A stretch of DNA of 64,000 nt from Eledone cirrhosa (Eukaryota): assembly GCA_964016885.1 (NCBI GenBank), contig OZ024741.1, positions 273,544,001 to 273,608,000 of the forward strand, written 5' to 3'. Position 1 is the first letter of the stretch. Each line of letters starts with the position of its first letter. Of the stretch, positions 31,101-44,500 are shown piece by piece. A program made the position numbers and the translations under genes. The notes beneath the pieces are model-generated. The model worked only from the letters and a program-made list of their open reading frames with translations, searched no databases and was not told where the DNA came from.

Positions 31101-34100
31101 TCAGACCAGATAGTGTCTGTAAAATGTCTGTATGTCACTATGTCACCGCTATCAGACCAGATAGTGTCTGTAAAGTGTCTGTGTGTCACCATGTCACCGC
31201 TATCAGACCAGATAGTGTCTGTAAAGTGTCTGTGTGTCACTATGTCACCGCTATCAGACCAGATAGTGTCTTTAACGTGGCTGTATGTCACTATGTCACC
31301 ACTATCAGACCAGATAGTGTCTGTAAAGTATCTGTGTGTCACTATGTCACCGCTATCAGACCAGATAGTGTCTTTAACGTGGCTGTATGTCACTATGTCA
31401 CCGCTATCAGACCAGATAGTGTCTGTATGTCACTATATCACCGTTATCAGACCAAATAGTGTCTGTAAAGTGGCTGTATATCACTATGTCACCGCTATCA
31501 GACCAGATAGTGTCTGTAAAGTGTCTGTATGTCACTATGTCACTATGTCACCTCTATCAGACCAGATAGTGTCTGTAAAGTGTCTGTATGTCACTATATC
31601 ACTGTTATCAGACCAGATAGTGTCTGTAATGTGGCTGTATGACACTGTGTCACCGCTATCAGACCAGATAGTGTCTGTAAAGTGTCTGTATACCACTATG
31701 TCACTGTTATCAGACCATATAGTGTCTGTAAAGTGTCTGTATGTCACTATGTCACCGCTATCAGACAAGATAGTGTCTGTAATGTGGCTGTATGTCACTA
31801 TGTCACCGCTATCAGACCAGATAGTGTCTGTAAAGTGTCTGTATGTCACTATGTCACCGTTATCAGACCAGATAATGTCTGTAAAGTGTCTGTATGTCAC
31901 TATGTCACCGCTATCAGACCAGATAGTGTCTGTAAAGTGTCAGTATGTCACTATGTCACCGCTATTAGACAAGATAGTGTCTGTATGTCACTATGTCACC
32001 GTTATCAGACCAGATAGTGTCTGTAAAGTGTCTGTATGTTACTATGTCACCGCTATCAGACCAGATGGTGTCTGTAAAGTGGCTGTATGTCAATATGTCA
32101 CTGTTATCAGACCAGATAGTGTCTGTAAAGTGTCTGTATGTCACTATGTCACCGCTATCAGACCAGATGGTGTCTGTAAAGTGTCTGTATGTCACTATGT
32201 CACCGCTATCAGACCAGATGGTGTCTGTAAAGTGGCTGTATGTCACTATGTCACTGTTATCAGACCAGATAGTGTCTGTAAAATGCCTGTATGTCACTAT
32301 GTCACCGCTATCAGACCAGATAGTGTCTGTAAAGTGTCTGTGTGTCACCATGTCACCGCTATCAGACCAGATAGTGTCTGTAAAGTGTCTGTGTGTCACT
32401 ATGTCACCGCTATCAGACCAGATAGTGTCTTTAACGTGGCTGTAAGTCACTATGTCACCGCTATCAGACCAGATAGTGTCTGTATGTCACTATATCACCG
32501 TTATCAGACCAGATAGTGTCTGTAAAGTGGCTGTATATCACTATGTCACCGCTATCAGACCAGATAGTGTCTGTAAAGTGTCTGTATGTCACTATGTCAC
32601 TATGTCACCTCTATCAGACCAGATAGTGTCTGTAAAGTGTCTGTATGTCACTATATCACTGTTATCAGACCAGATAGTGTCTGTAATGTGGCTGTATGTC
32701 ACTGTGTCACCGCTATCAGACCAGATAGTGTCTGTAAAGTGTCTGTATACGACTATGTCACTGTTATCAGACCATATAGTGTCTGTAAAGTGTCTGTATG
32801 TCACTATGTCACCGCTATCAGACAAGATAGTGTCTGTAATGTGGCTGTATGTCACTATGTCACCGCTATCAGACCAGAGAGTGTCTGTAAAGTATCTGTA
32901 TGTCACTATGTCACCGTTATCAGACCAGATAATGTCTGTAAAGTGTCTGTATGTCACTATGTCACCGCTATCAGACCAGATAGTGTCTGTAAAGTGTCTG
33001 TATGTCACTATGTCACCGCTATCAGACCAGATAGTGTCTGTAAAGTGTCTGTATGTCACTATGTCAACGCTATCAGACCAGATAGTGTCTGTAAAGTGTC
33101 TGTATGTCACTATGTCACTGTTATCAGACAAGATAGTGTCTGTAATGTGTCTGTATGTCACTATGTCACCGCTATCAGACCAGATGGTGTCTGTAATGTG
33201 TCTGTATGTCACTATGTCACTGTTATCAGACCAGATAGTGTCTGTAAAGTGTCTGTATGTCACTATGTCACCGCTATCAGACCAGATGGTGTCTGTAATG
33301 TGTCTGTATGTCACTATGTCACTGTTATCAGACCAGATAGTGTCTGTAAAGTGTCTGTGTGTCACTATGTCACCGCTATCAGACCAGATGGTGTCTGTAA
33401 AGTGGTTGTATGTCACTATGTCACTGTTATCAGACCTGATAGTGTCTGTAAAGTGTCTGTATGTCACTATGTCACTGTTATCTGACCAGATAGTGTCTGT
33501 GTGTCACTGTGTCACCGTTATCAGACCAGATAGTGTCTGTATGTCACCATGTCACCGTTATCAGACCAGATAGTGTCTGTATGTCACTATGTCACCGTTA
33601 TCAGACCAGATAGTGTCTGTAAAGTGTCTGTATGTCACTATGTTACCGTTATCAGACCAGATAGTGTCTGTAAAGTGTCTGTATGTCACTGTGTCACCGC
33701 TATCAGACCAGACAGTGTCTGTAATGTGACTGTATGTCACTATGTCACCGCTATCAGGCCAGCTAGTGTCTGTATGTCCCTGTGTCACTGTTATCAGACC
33801 AGATAGTGTCTGTAAAGTGTCTGTATGTCACTATGTCACCGTTATTAGACCAGATAGTGTCTGTAAAGTGTCTGTATGTCACTGTGTCACCGCTATCAGA
33901 CCAGACAGTGTCTGTAATGTGGCTGTATGTCACTATGTCAGCGCTATCAGACCAGATAGTGTCTGTAAAGTGTCTGTATGTCACTATGTCACCGCTATCA
34001 GACCAGATAGTGTCTGTATGTCACTATGTCACCGTTATCAGACCAGATAGTGTCTGTAAAGTGTCTGTATGTCACTATGTCACCGCTATCAAACCAGATA

Positions 34101-37100
34101 GTGTCTGTATGTTACTATGTCACCGCTATCAGACCAGATAGTGTCTGTAAAGTGTCTGTATGTCACTATGCCACCGCAATCAGACCAGATAGTGTCTGTA
34201 AAGTATCTGTATGTCACTGTGTCACCGCTATCAGACCAGATAGTGTCTGTAAAGTGTCTGTATGTCACTATGTCACCGCTATCAGACCAGATAGTGTCTG
34301 TAAAGTGTCTGTATGTCACTAAGTCACCGCTATCAGACCAGATAGTATCTGTAAAGTGTCTGTATGTCACTATATCACCGCTATCAGACAAGATAGTGTC
34401 TGTAAAGTTTTTGTATGTCACTATGTCACCGCTATCAGACCAGATAGTGTCTGTAATGTGGCTGTATGTCACTGTGTCACCGCTATCAGACCAGATAGTG
34501 TCTGTAAAGTGTCTGTATGTCACTATGTCACCGCTATCAGACCAGATAGTGTCTGTAAAGTGTCTGTATATCACTATGTCACTGTTATCAGACCATATAG
34601 TGTCTGTAAAGTGTCTGTATGTCACTATGTCACAGCTATCAGACAAGATAGTGTCTGTAATGTGGCTGTATGTCACTCTGTCACCGCTATCAGACCAGAT
34701 AGTGTCTGTATGTCACTATGTCACCGCTATCAGACCAGATAGTGTCTGTAAAGTGTCTGTATGTCACTATGTCACTGTTATCAGACCAGATAGTGTCTGT
34801 AAAGTGTCTGTATGTCACTATGTCACTGTTATCAGACCAGATAGTGTCTGTAAAGTGTCTGTATGTCACTATGTCACGGCCATCAGACCAGATAGTGTCT
34901 GTAAAGTGTCTGTATGTCACTATGTCACTGTTATCAGACCAGATAGTGTCTGTAAAGTGTCTGTATGTCACTATGTCACTGTTATCAGACCAGATAGTGT
35001 CTGTAAAGTGTCTGTATGTCACCATGTCACCGCTATCAGTCCAGATAGTGTCTGTAAAGTGTCTGAATGTCACTGTGTCACCGCTATCAGACCAGACAGT
35101 GTCTGTAATGTGGCTGTATGTCATTATGTCACCGCTATCAGACCAGATAGTGTCTGTAAAGTGTCTGTATGTCACTATGTCACCGCTATCAGACCACATA
35201 TTGTCTGTAAAGTGGCTGTATGTCACTATGTCACCGCTATCAGACCAGATAGTCTCTGTAAAGTGTCTGTATGTCACTATATCACTGTTATCAGACCAGA
35301 TAGTGTCTGTAAAGTGTCTGAATGTCACTATGTCACGGCTATCAGAACAGATAGTGTCTGTATGTCACTATGTCACCGTTATCCGACCAGATAGTATCTG
35401 TAATGTGACTGTATGTCACTATGTCACCGCTATCAGGCCAGATAGTGTCTGTATGTCACTGCGTCACTGTTATCAGACCAGATAGTGTCTGTAAAGTGTC
35501 TGTGTGTCACTATGTCACCGCTATCAGACCAGATAGTGTCTGTAAAGTGTCTGTATGTCACTATGTCACCGCTATCAGACCAGATAGTGTCTGTAAAGTG
35601 TCTGTATGTCACTATGTCACGGCCATCAGACCAGATAGTGTCTGTAAAGTGTCTGTATGTCACCATGTCACCGCTATCAGACCAGATAGTGTCTGTATGT
35701 CATTATGTCACCGTTATCAGACCAGATAGTGTCTGTATGTCACTGTGTCACTGTTATCAGACCAGATAGTGTCTGTAAAGTGTCTGTATGTCACTATGTC
35801 ACCGTTATCAGACCAGATAGTGTCTGTAAAGTGTCTGTATGTCACTGTGTCACCGCTATCAGACCAGACAGTGTCTGTAATGTGGCTGTATGTCATTATG
35901 TCACCGCTATCAGACCAGATAGTGTCTGTAATGTGTCTGTATGTCACTATGTCACCGCTATCAGGCCAGATAGTGTCTGTATTTCACTGTGTCACTGTTA
36001 TTAGACCAGATAGTGTCTGTAAAGTGTCTGTATGTCACTATGTCACCGTTATCAGACCAGATAGTGTCTGTAAAGTGTCTGTATGTCACTATGTCACCGT
36101 TATCAGACCAGATAGTGTCTGTAAAGTGTCTGTATGTCACCATGTCACCGCTATCAGACCAGATAGGGTCTGTATGTCACTATGTCACCGTTATCAGACC
36201 AGATAGTGTCTGTATGTCACTGTGTCACTGTTATCAGACCAGATAGTGTCTGTAAAGTGTCTGTATGTCACTATGTCACCGTTATCAGACCAGATAGTGT
36301 CTGTAAAGTGTCTGTATGTCACTGTGTCACCGCTATCAGACCAGACAGTGTCTGTAATGTGGCTGTATGTCACTATGTCACAGCTATCAGACCAGATAGT
36401 GTCTGTAATGTGTCTGTATGTCACTATGTCACCGCTATCAGGCCAGATAGTGTCTGTATGTCACTGTGTCACTGTTATCAGACCAGATAGTGTCTGTAAA
36501 GTGTCTGTATGTCACTATGTCACCGTTATCAGACCAGATAGTGTCTGTAAAGTGTCTGTATGTCACTGTGTCACCGCTATCAGACCAGACAGTGTCTGTA
36601 ATGTGGCTGTATGTCACTATGTCACTGCTATCAGACCAGATAGTGTCTGTAAAGTGTCTGTATGTCACTATGTCACTGTTATCAGACCAGATAGTGTCTG
36701 TAAAGTGTCTGTATGTCACTATGTCAACGCTATCAGACCAGATAGTGTCTGTATGTCACTATGTCACCGTTATCAGACCAGATAGTGTCTGTAAAGTGTC
36801 TGTATGTCACTATGTCACCGCTATCAGACCAGATAGTGTCTGTAAAGTGTCTGTATGTCACTATGTCACCGCTATCAGACCAGATAGTGTCTGTAAAGTG
36901 TCTGTATGTCACTGTGTCACCGCTATCAGACCAGATAGTGTCTGTAAAGTGTCTGTATGTCACTATGTCACCGCTATCAGACCAGATAGTGTCTGTAAAG
37001 TGTCTGTATGTCACTATATCACCGCTATCAGACAAGATAGTGTCTGTAAAGTGTCTGTATGTCACTATGTCATCGCTATCAGACCAGATAGTGTCTGTAA

Positions 37101-40100
37101 TGTGGCTGTATGTCACTGTGTCACCGCTATCAGACCAGATAGTGTCTGTAAAGTGTCTGTATATCACTATGTCACTGTTATCAGACCATATAGTGTCTGT
37201 AAAGTGTCTGTATGTCACTATGTCACCGCTATCAGACAAGATAGTGTCTGTAATGTGGCTGTATGTCACTATGTCACAGCTATCAGACCAGATAGTGTCT
37301 GTATGTCACTATGTCACCGCTATCAGACCAGATAGTGTCTGTAAAGTGTTTGTATGTCACTATGTCACCGCTATCAGACCAGATAGTGTCTGTAAAGTGT
37401 CTGTATGTCACTATGTCACCGCTATCAGACCAGATAGTGTCTGTAAAGTGTCTGTATGTCACTATGTCACTGTTATCAGACCAGATAGTGTCTGTAAAGT
37501 GTCTGTATGTCACTATGTCACCGCTATCAGACTAGATGGTGTCTGTAAAGTGTCTGTATGTCACTATGTCACTGTTATCAGACCAGATAGTGTCTGTAAA
37601 GTGTCTGTGTGTCACTATGTCACCGCTATCAGACCAGATAGTGTCTGTAAAGTGGTTGTATGTCACTATGTCACTGTTATCAGACCAGATAGTGTCTGTA
37701 AAGTGGTGGTATGTCACTATGTCACCGCTATCAAACCAGATGGTGTCTGTAAAGTGGTTGTATGTCACTATGTCACTGTTATCAGACCAGATAGTGTCTG
37801 TAAAGTGTCTGTATGTCACTATGTCACTGTTATCTGACCAGATAGTGTCTGTGTGTCACTGTGTCACCGTTATCAGACCAGATAGTGTCTGTAAAGTGTC
37901 TGTATGTCACTATGTCACCGCTATCAGACCAGACAGTGTCTGTAATGTGGCTGTATGTCACTGTGTCACCGCTATCAGACCAGATAGTGTCTGTAAAGTG
38001 TCAGTATGTCACTATGTCACCGCTATTAGACAAGATAGTGTCTGTATGTCACTATGTCACCGTTATCAGACCAAATAGTGTCTGTAATGTGGCTGTATGT
38101 CACTGTGTCACCGCTATCAGACCAGATAGTGTCTGTAATGTGTCTGTATGTCACTATGTCACCGCTATCAGACCAGATAGTGTCTGTATGTCACTATGTC
38201 ACCGCTATCAGACCAGATAGTGTCTGTAAAGTGTCTGTATGTTACTATGTCACCGCTATCAGACCAGATGGTGTCTGTAAAGTGGCTGTATGTCACTATG
38301 TCACTGTTATCAGACCAGATAGTGTCTGTAAAGTGTCTGTATGTCACTATGTCACCGCTATCAGACCAGATGGTGTCTGTAAAGTGTCTGTATGTCACTA
38401 TGTCACCGCTATCAGACCAGATGGTGTCTGTAAAGTGGCTGTATGTCACTATGTCACTGTTATCAGACTAGATAGTGTCTGTAAAATGTCTGTATGTCAC
38501 TATGTCACCGCTATCAGACCAGATAGTGTCTGTAAAGTGTCTGTGTGTCACCATGTCACCGCTATCAGACCAGATAGTGTCTGTAAAGTGTCTGTGTGTC
38601 ACTATGTCACCGCTATCAGACCAGATAGTGTCTTTAACGTGGCTGTATGTCACTATGTCACCGCTATCAGACCAGATAGTGTCTGTAAAGTATCTGTGTG
38701 TCACTATGTCACCGCTATCAGACCAGATAGTGTCTTTAACGTGGCTGTATGTCACTATGTCACCGCTATCAGACCAGATAGTGTCTGTATGTCACTATAT
38801 CACCGTTATCAGACCAGATAGTGTCTGTAAAGTGGCTGTATATCACTATGTCACCGCTATCAGACCAGATAGTGTCTGTAAAGTGTCTGTATGTCACTAT
38901 GTCACTATGTCACCTCTATCAGACCAGATAGTGTCTGTAAAGTGTCTGTATGTCACTATACCACTGTTATCAGACCAGATAGTGTCTGTAATGTGGCTGT
39001 ATGTCACTGTGTCACCGCTATCAGACCAGATAGTGTCTGTAAAGTGTCTGTATACCACTATGTCACTGTTATCAGACCATATAGTGTCTGTAAAGTGTCT
39101 GTATGTCACTATGTCACCGCTATCAGACAAGATAGTGTCTGTAATGTGGCTGTATGTCACTATGTCACCGCTATCAGACCAGATAGTGTCTGTAAAGTGT
39201 CTGTATGTCACTATGTCACCGCTATCAGACCAGATAGTGTCTGTAAAGTGTCTGTATGTCACTATGTCACTGTTATCAGACAAGATAGTGTCTGTAATGT
39301 GTCTGTATTTCACTATGTCACCGCTATCAGACCAGATGGTGTCTGTAATGTGTCTGTATGTCACAATGTCACTGTTATCAGACCAGATAGTGTCTGTAAA
39401 GTGTCTGTATGTCACTATGTCACCGCTATCAGACCAGATGGTGTCTGTAATGTGTCTGTATGTCACTATGTTACTGTTATCAGACCAGATAGTGTCTGTA
39501 AAGTGTCTGTGTGTCACTATGTCACCGCTATCAGACCAGATGGTGTCTGTAAAGTGGTTGTATGTCACTATGTCACTCTTATCAGACCAGATAGTGTCTG
39601 TAAAGTGTCTGTATGTCACTATGTCACTGTTATCTGTCCAGATAGTGTATGTGTGTCACTGTGTCACCGTTATCAGACCAGATAGTGTCTGTATGTCACC
39701 ATGTCACCGTTATCAGACCAGATAGTGTCTGTATGTCACTATGTCACCGTTATCAGACCAGATAGTGTCTGTATGTCAATGTGTCACAGTTATCAGACCA
39801 GATAGTGTCTGTAAAGTGTCTGTATGTCACTATGTTACCGTTATCAGACCAGATAGTGTCTGTAAAGTGTCTGTATGTCACTGTGTCACCGCTATCAGAC
39901 CAGACAGTGTCTGTAATGTGACTGTATGTCACTATGTCACCGCTATCAGGCCAGCTAGTGTCTGTATGTCCCTGTGTCACTGTTATCAGACCAGATAGTG
40001 TCTGTAAAGTGTCTGTATGTCACTATGTCACCGTTATTAGACCAGATAGTGTCTGTAAAGTGTCTGTATGTCACTGTGTCACCGCTATTAGACCAGACAG

Positions 40101-41597
40101 TGTCTGTAATGTGGCTGTATGTCACTATGTCAGCGCTATCAGACCAGATAGTGTCTGTAAAGTGTCTGTATGTCACTATGTCACCGCTATCAGACCAGAT
40201 AGTGTCTGTATGTCACTATGTCACCGTTATCAGACCAGATAGTGTCTGTAAAGTGTCTGTATGTCACTATGTCACCGCTATCAAACCAGATAGTGTCTGT
40301 ATGTCACTATGTCACCGCTATCAGACCAGATAGTGTCTGTAAAGTGTCTGTATGTCACTATGCCACCGCTATCAGACCAGATAGTGTCTGTAAAGTATCT
40401 GTATGTCACTGTGTCACCGCTATCAGACCAGATAGTGTCTGTAAAGTGTCTGTATGTCACTATGTCACCGCTATCAGACCAGATAGTGTCTGTAAAGTGT
40501 CTGTATGTCACTAAGTCACCGCTATCAGACCAGATAGTATCTGTAAAGTGTCTGTATGTCACTATATCACCGCTATCAGACAAGATAGTGTCTGTAAAGT
40601 TTTTGTATGTCACTATGTCACCGCTATCAGACCAGATAGTGTCTGTAATGTGGCTGTATGTCACTGTGTCACCGCTATCAGACCAGATAGTGTCTGTAAA
40701 GTATCTGTATATCACTATGTCACTGTTATCAGACCATATAGTGTCTGTAAAATGTCTGTATCTCACTATGTCACCGCTATCAGACAAGATAGTGTCTGTA
40801 ATGTGGCTGTATGTCACTATCTCACCGCTATCAGACCAGATAGTGCCTGTAAAGTGTCTGTATGTCACTATGTCACCGCTATCAGACAAGATAGTGTCTG
40901 TAATGTGGCTGTATGTCACTGTGTCACCGCTATCAGACCAGATAGTGTCTGTAAAGTGTCTGTATATCACTATGTCACTGTTATCAGACCATATAGTGTC
41001 TGTAAAGTGTCTGTATGTCACTATGTCACAGCTATCAGACAAGATAGTGTCTGTAATGTGGCTGTATGTCACTATGTCACCGCTATCAGACCAGATAGTG
41101 TCTGTATGTCACTATGTCACCGCTATCAGACCAGATAGTGTCTGTAAAGTGTCTGTATGTCACTATGTCACTGTTATCAGACCAGATAGTGTCTGTAAAG
41201 TGTCTGTATGTCACTATGTCACTGTTATCAGACCAGATAGTGTCTGTAAAGTGTCTGTATGTCACTATGTCACGGCCATCAGACCAGATAGTGTCTGTAA
41301 AGTGTCTGTATGTCACTATGTCACTGTTATCAGACCAGATAGTGTCTGTAAAGTGTCTGTATGTCACTATGTCACTGTTATCAGACCAGATAGTGTCTGT
41401 AAAGTGTCTGTATGTCACTATGTCACCGCTATCAGTCCAGATAGTGTCTGTACAGTGTCTGAATGTCACTGTGTCACCGCTATCAGACCAGACAGTGTCT
41501 GTAATGTGGCTGTATGTCATTATGTCACCGCTATCAGACCAGATAGTGTCTGTAAAGTGTCTGTATGTCACTATGTCACCGCTATCAGACCACATAG

Positions 41598-44500
41598 TGT
41601 CTGTAAAGTGGCTGTATGTCACTATGTCACCGCTATCAGACCAGATAGTCTCTGTAAAGTGTCTGTATGTCACTATATCACTGTTATCAGACCAGATAGT
41701 GTCTGTATAGTGTCTGAATGTCACTATGTCACGGCTATCAGAACAGATAGTGTCTGTATGTCACTATGTCACCGTTATCCGACCAGATAGTATCTGTAAT
41801 GTGACTGTATGTCACTATGTCACCGCTATCAGGCCAGATAGTGTCTGTATGTCACTGCGTCACTGTTATCAGACCAGATAGTGTCTGTAAAGTGTCTGTG
41901 TGTCACTATGTCACCGCTATCAGACTAGATAGTGTCTGTAAAGTGTCTGTATGTCACTATGTCACCGCTATCAGACCAGATAGTGTCTGTAAAGTGTCTG
42001 TATGTCACTATGTCACGGCCATCCGACCAGATAGTGTCTGTAAAGTGTCTGTATGTCACCATGTCACCGCTATCAGACCAGATAGTGTCTGTATGTCACT
42101 ATGTCACCGTTATCAGACCAGATAGTGTCTGTATGTCACTGTGTCACTGTTATCAGACCAGATAGTGTCTGTAAAGTGTCTGTATGTCACTATGTCACCG
42201 TTATCAGACCAGATAGTGTCTGTAAAGTGTCTGTATGTCACTGTGTCACCGCTATCAGACCAGACAGTGTCTGTAATGTGGCTGTATGTCATTATGTCAC
42301 CGCTATCAGACCAGATAGTGTCTGTAATGTGTCTGTATGTCACTATGTCACCGCTATCAGGCCAGATAGTGTCTGTATTTCACTGTGTCACTGTTATCAG
42401 ACCAGATAGTGTCTGTAAAGTTTCTGTATGTCACTATGTCACCGTTATCAGACCAGATAGTGTCTGTAACGTGTCTGTATGTCACTATGTCACCGTTATC
42501 AGACCAGATAGTGTCTGTAAAGTGTCTGTATGTCACCATGTCACCGCTATCAGACCAGATAGGGTCTGTATTTCACTATGTCACCGTTATCAGACCAGAT
42601 AGTGTCTGTATGTCACTGTGTCACTGTTATCAGACCAGATAGTGTCTGTAAAGTGTCTGTATGTCACTATGTCACCGTTATCAGACAAGATAGTGTCTGT
42701 AAAGTGTCTGTATGTCACTGTGTCACCGCTATCAGACCAGACAGTGTCTGTAATGTGGGTGTATGTCACTATGTCACAGCTATCAGACCAGATAGTGTCT
42801 GTAATGTGTCTGTATGTCACTATGTCACCGCTATCAGACCAGATAGTGTCTGTATGTCACTGTGTCACTGTTATCAGACCAGATTGTGTCTGTAAAGTGT
42901 CTGTATGTCACTATGTCACCGTTATCAGACCAGATAGTGTCTGTAAAGTGTCTGTATGTCACGGTGTCACCGCTATCAGACCAGACAGTGTCTATAATGT
43001 GACTGTATGTCACTATATCACCGCTATCAGGCCAGATAGTGTCTGTATGTCACTGTGTCACTGTTATCAGACCAGATAATGTCTGTAAAGTGTCTGTATG
43101 TCACTGTGTCACCGCTATCAGACCAGACAGTGTCTGTAATGTGGCTGTATGTCACTATGTCACCGCTATCAGACCAGATAGTGTCTGTAAAGTGTCTGTA
43201 TGTCACTATGTCACTGTTATCAGACCAGATAGTGTCTGTAAAGTGTCTGTATGTCACTATGTCAACGCTATCAGACCAGATAGTGTCTGTATGTCACTAT
43301 GTCACCGTTATCAGACCAGATAGTGTCTGTAAAGTGTCTGTATGTCACTATGTCACCGCTATCAAACCAGATAGTGTCTATATGTCACTATGTCATCGCT
43401 ATCAGACCAGATAGTGTCTGTAAAGTGTTTGTATGTGACTATATCACTTTTATCAGACCAGATAGTGTCTGTAATGTGGCTGTATGTAACTATGTCACCG
43501 CTATCAGACCAGATAGTGTCTGTATGTCACTATGTCACCGCTATCAGACCAGATAGTGTCTGTAAAGTGTCTGTATGTCACTATGTCACCGCTATCAGAG
43601 CAGATAGTGTCTGTAAAGTGTCTGTATGTCACTGTGTCACCGCTATCAGACCAGAGTGTGTCTGTAAAGTGTCTGTATGTCACTATGTCACCGCTATCAG
43701 ACCAGATAGTGTCTGTAAAGTGTCTGTATGTCACTATGTCATCGCTATCAGACCAGATAGTGTCTGTAATGTGGCTGTATGTCACTGTGTCACCGCTATC
43801 AGACCAGATAGTGTCTGTAAAGTGTCTGTATATCACTAAGTCACTGTTATCAGACCATATAGTGTCTGTAAAGTGTCTGTATGTCACTATGTCACCGCTA
43901 TCAGACAAGATAGTGTCTGTAATGTGGCTGTATGTCAATATGTCACCGCTATCAGACCAGATAGTGTCTGTATGTCACTATGTCACCGCTATCAGACCAG
44001 ATAGTGTCTGTAAAGTGTTTGTATGTTACTATGTCACCGCTATCAGACCAGATAGTGTCTGTAAAGTGTCTGTATGTCACTATGTCACCGTTATCAGACC
44101 AGATAGTGTCTGTAAAGTGTCTGTATGTCACTATATCACCGCTATCAGACAAGCTACTGTCTGTAAAGTGTCTGTATGTCACTATGTCATCGCTATCAGA
44201 CCAGATAGTGTCTGTAATGTGGCTGTATGTCACTGTGTCACCGCTATCAGACCAGATAGTGTCTGTAAAGTGTCTGTATGTCACTATGTCACCGCTATCA
44301 GACCAGATAGTGTCTGTAAAGTGTCTGTATGTCACTATGTCACCGCTATCAGACCAGATAGTGTCTGTAAAGTGTCTGTATGTCACTATGTCACTGTTAT
44401 CAGACCAGATAGTGTCTGTAAAGTGTCTGTATGTCACTATGTCACCGCTATCAGACTAGATGGTGTCTGTAAAGTGTCTGTATGTCACTATGTCACTGTT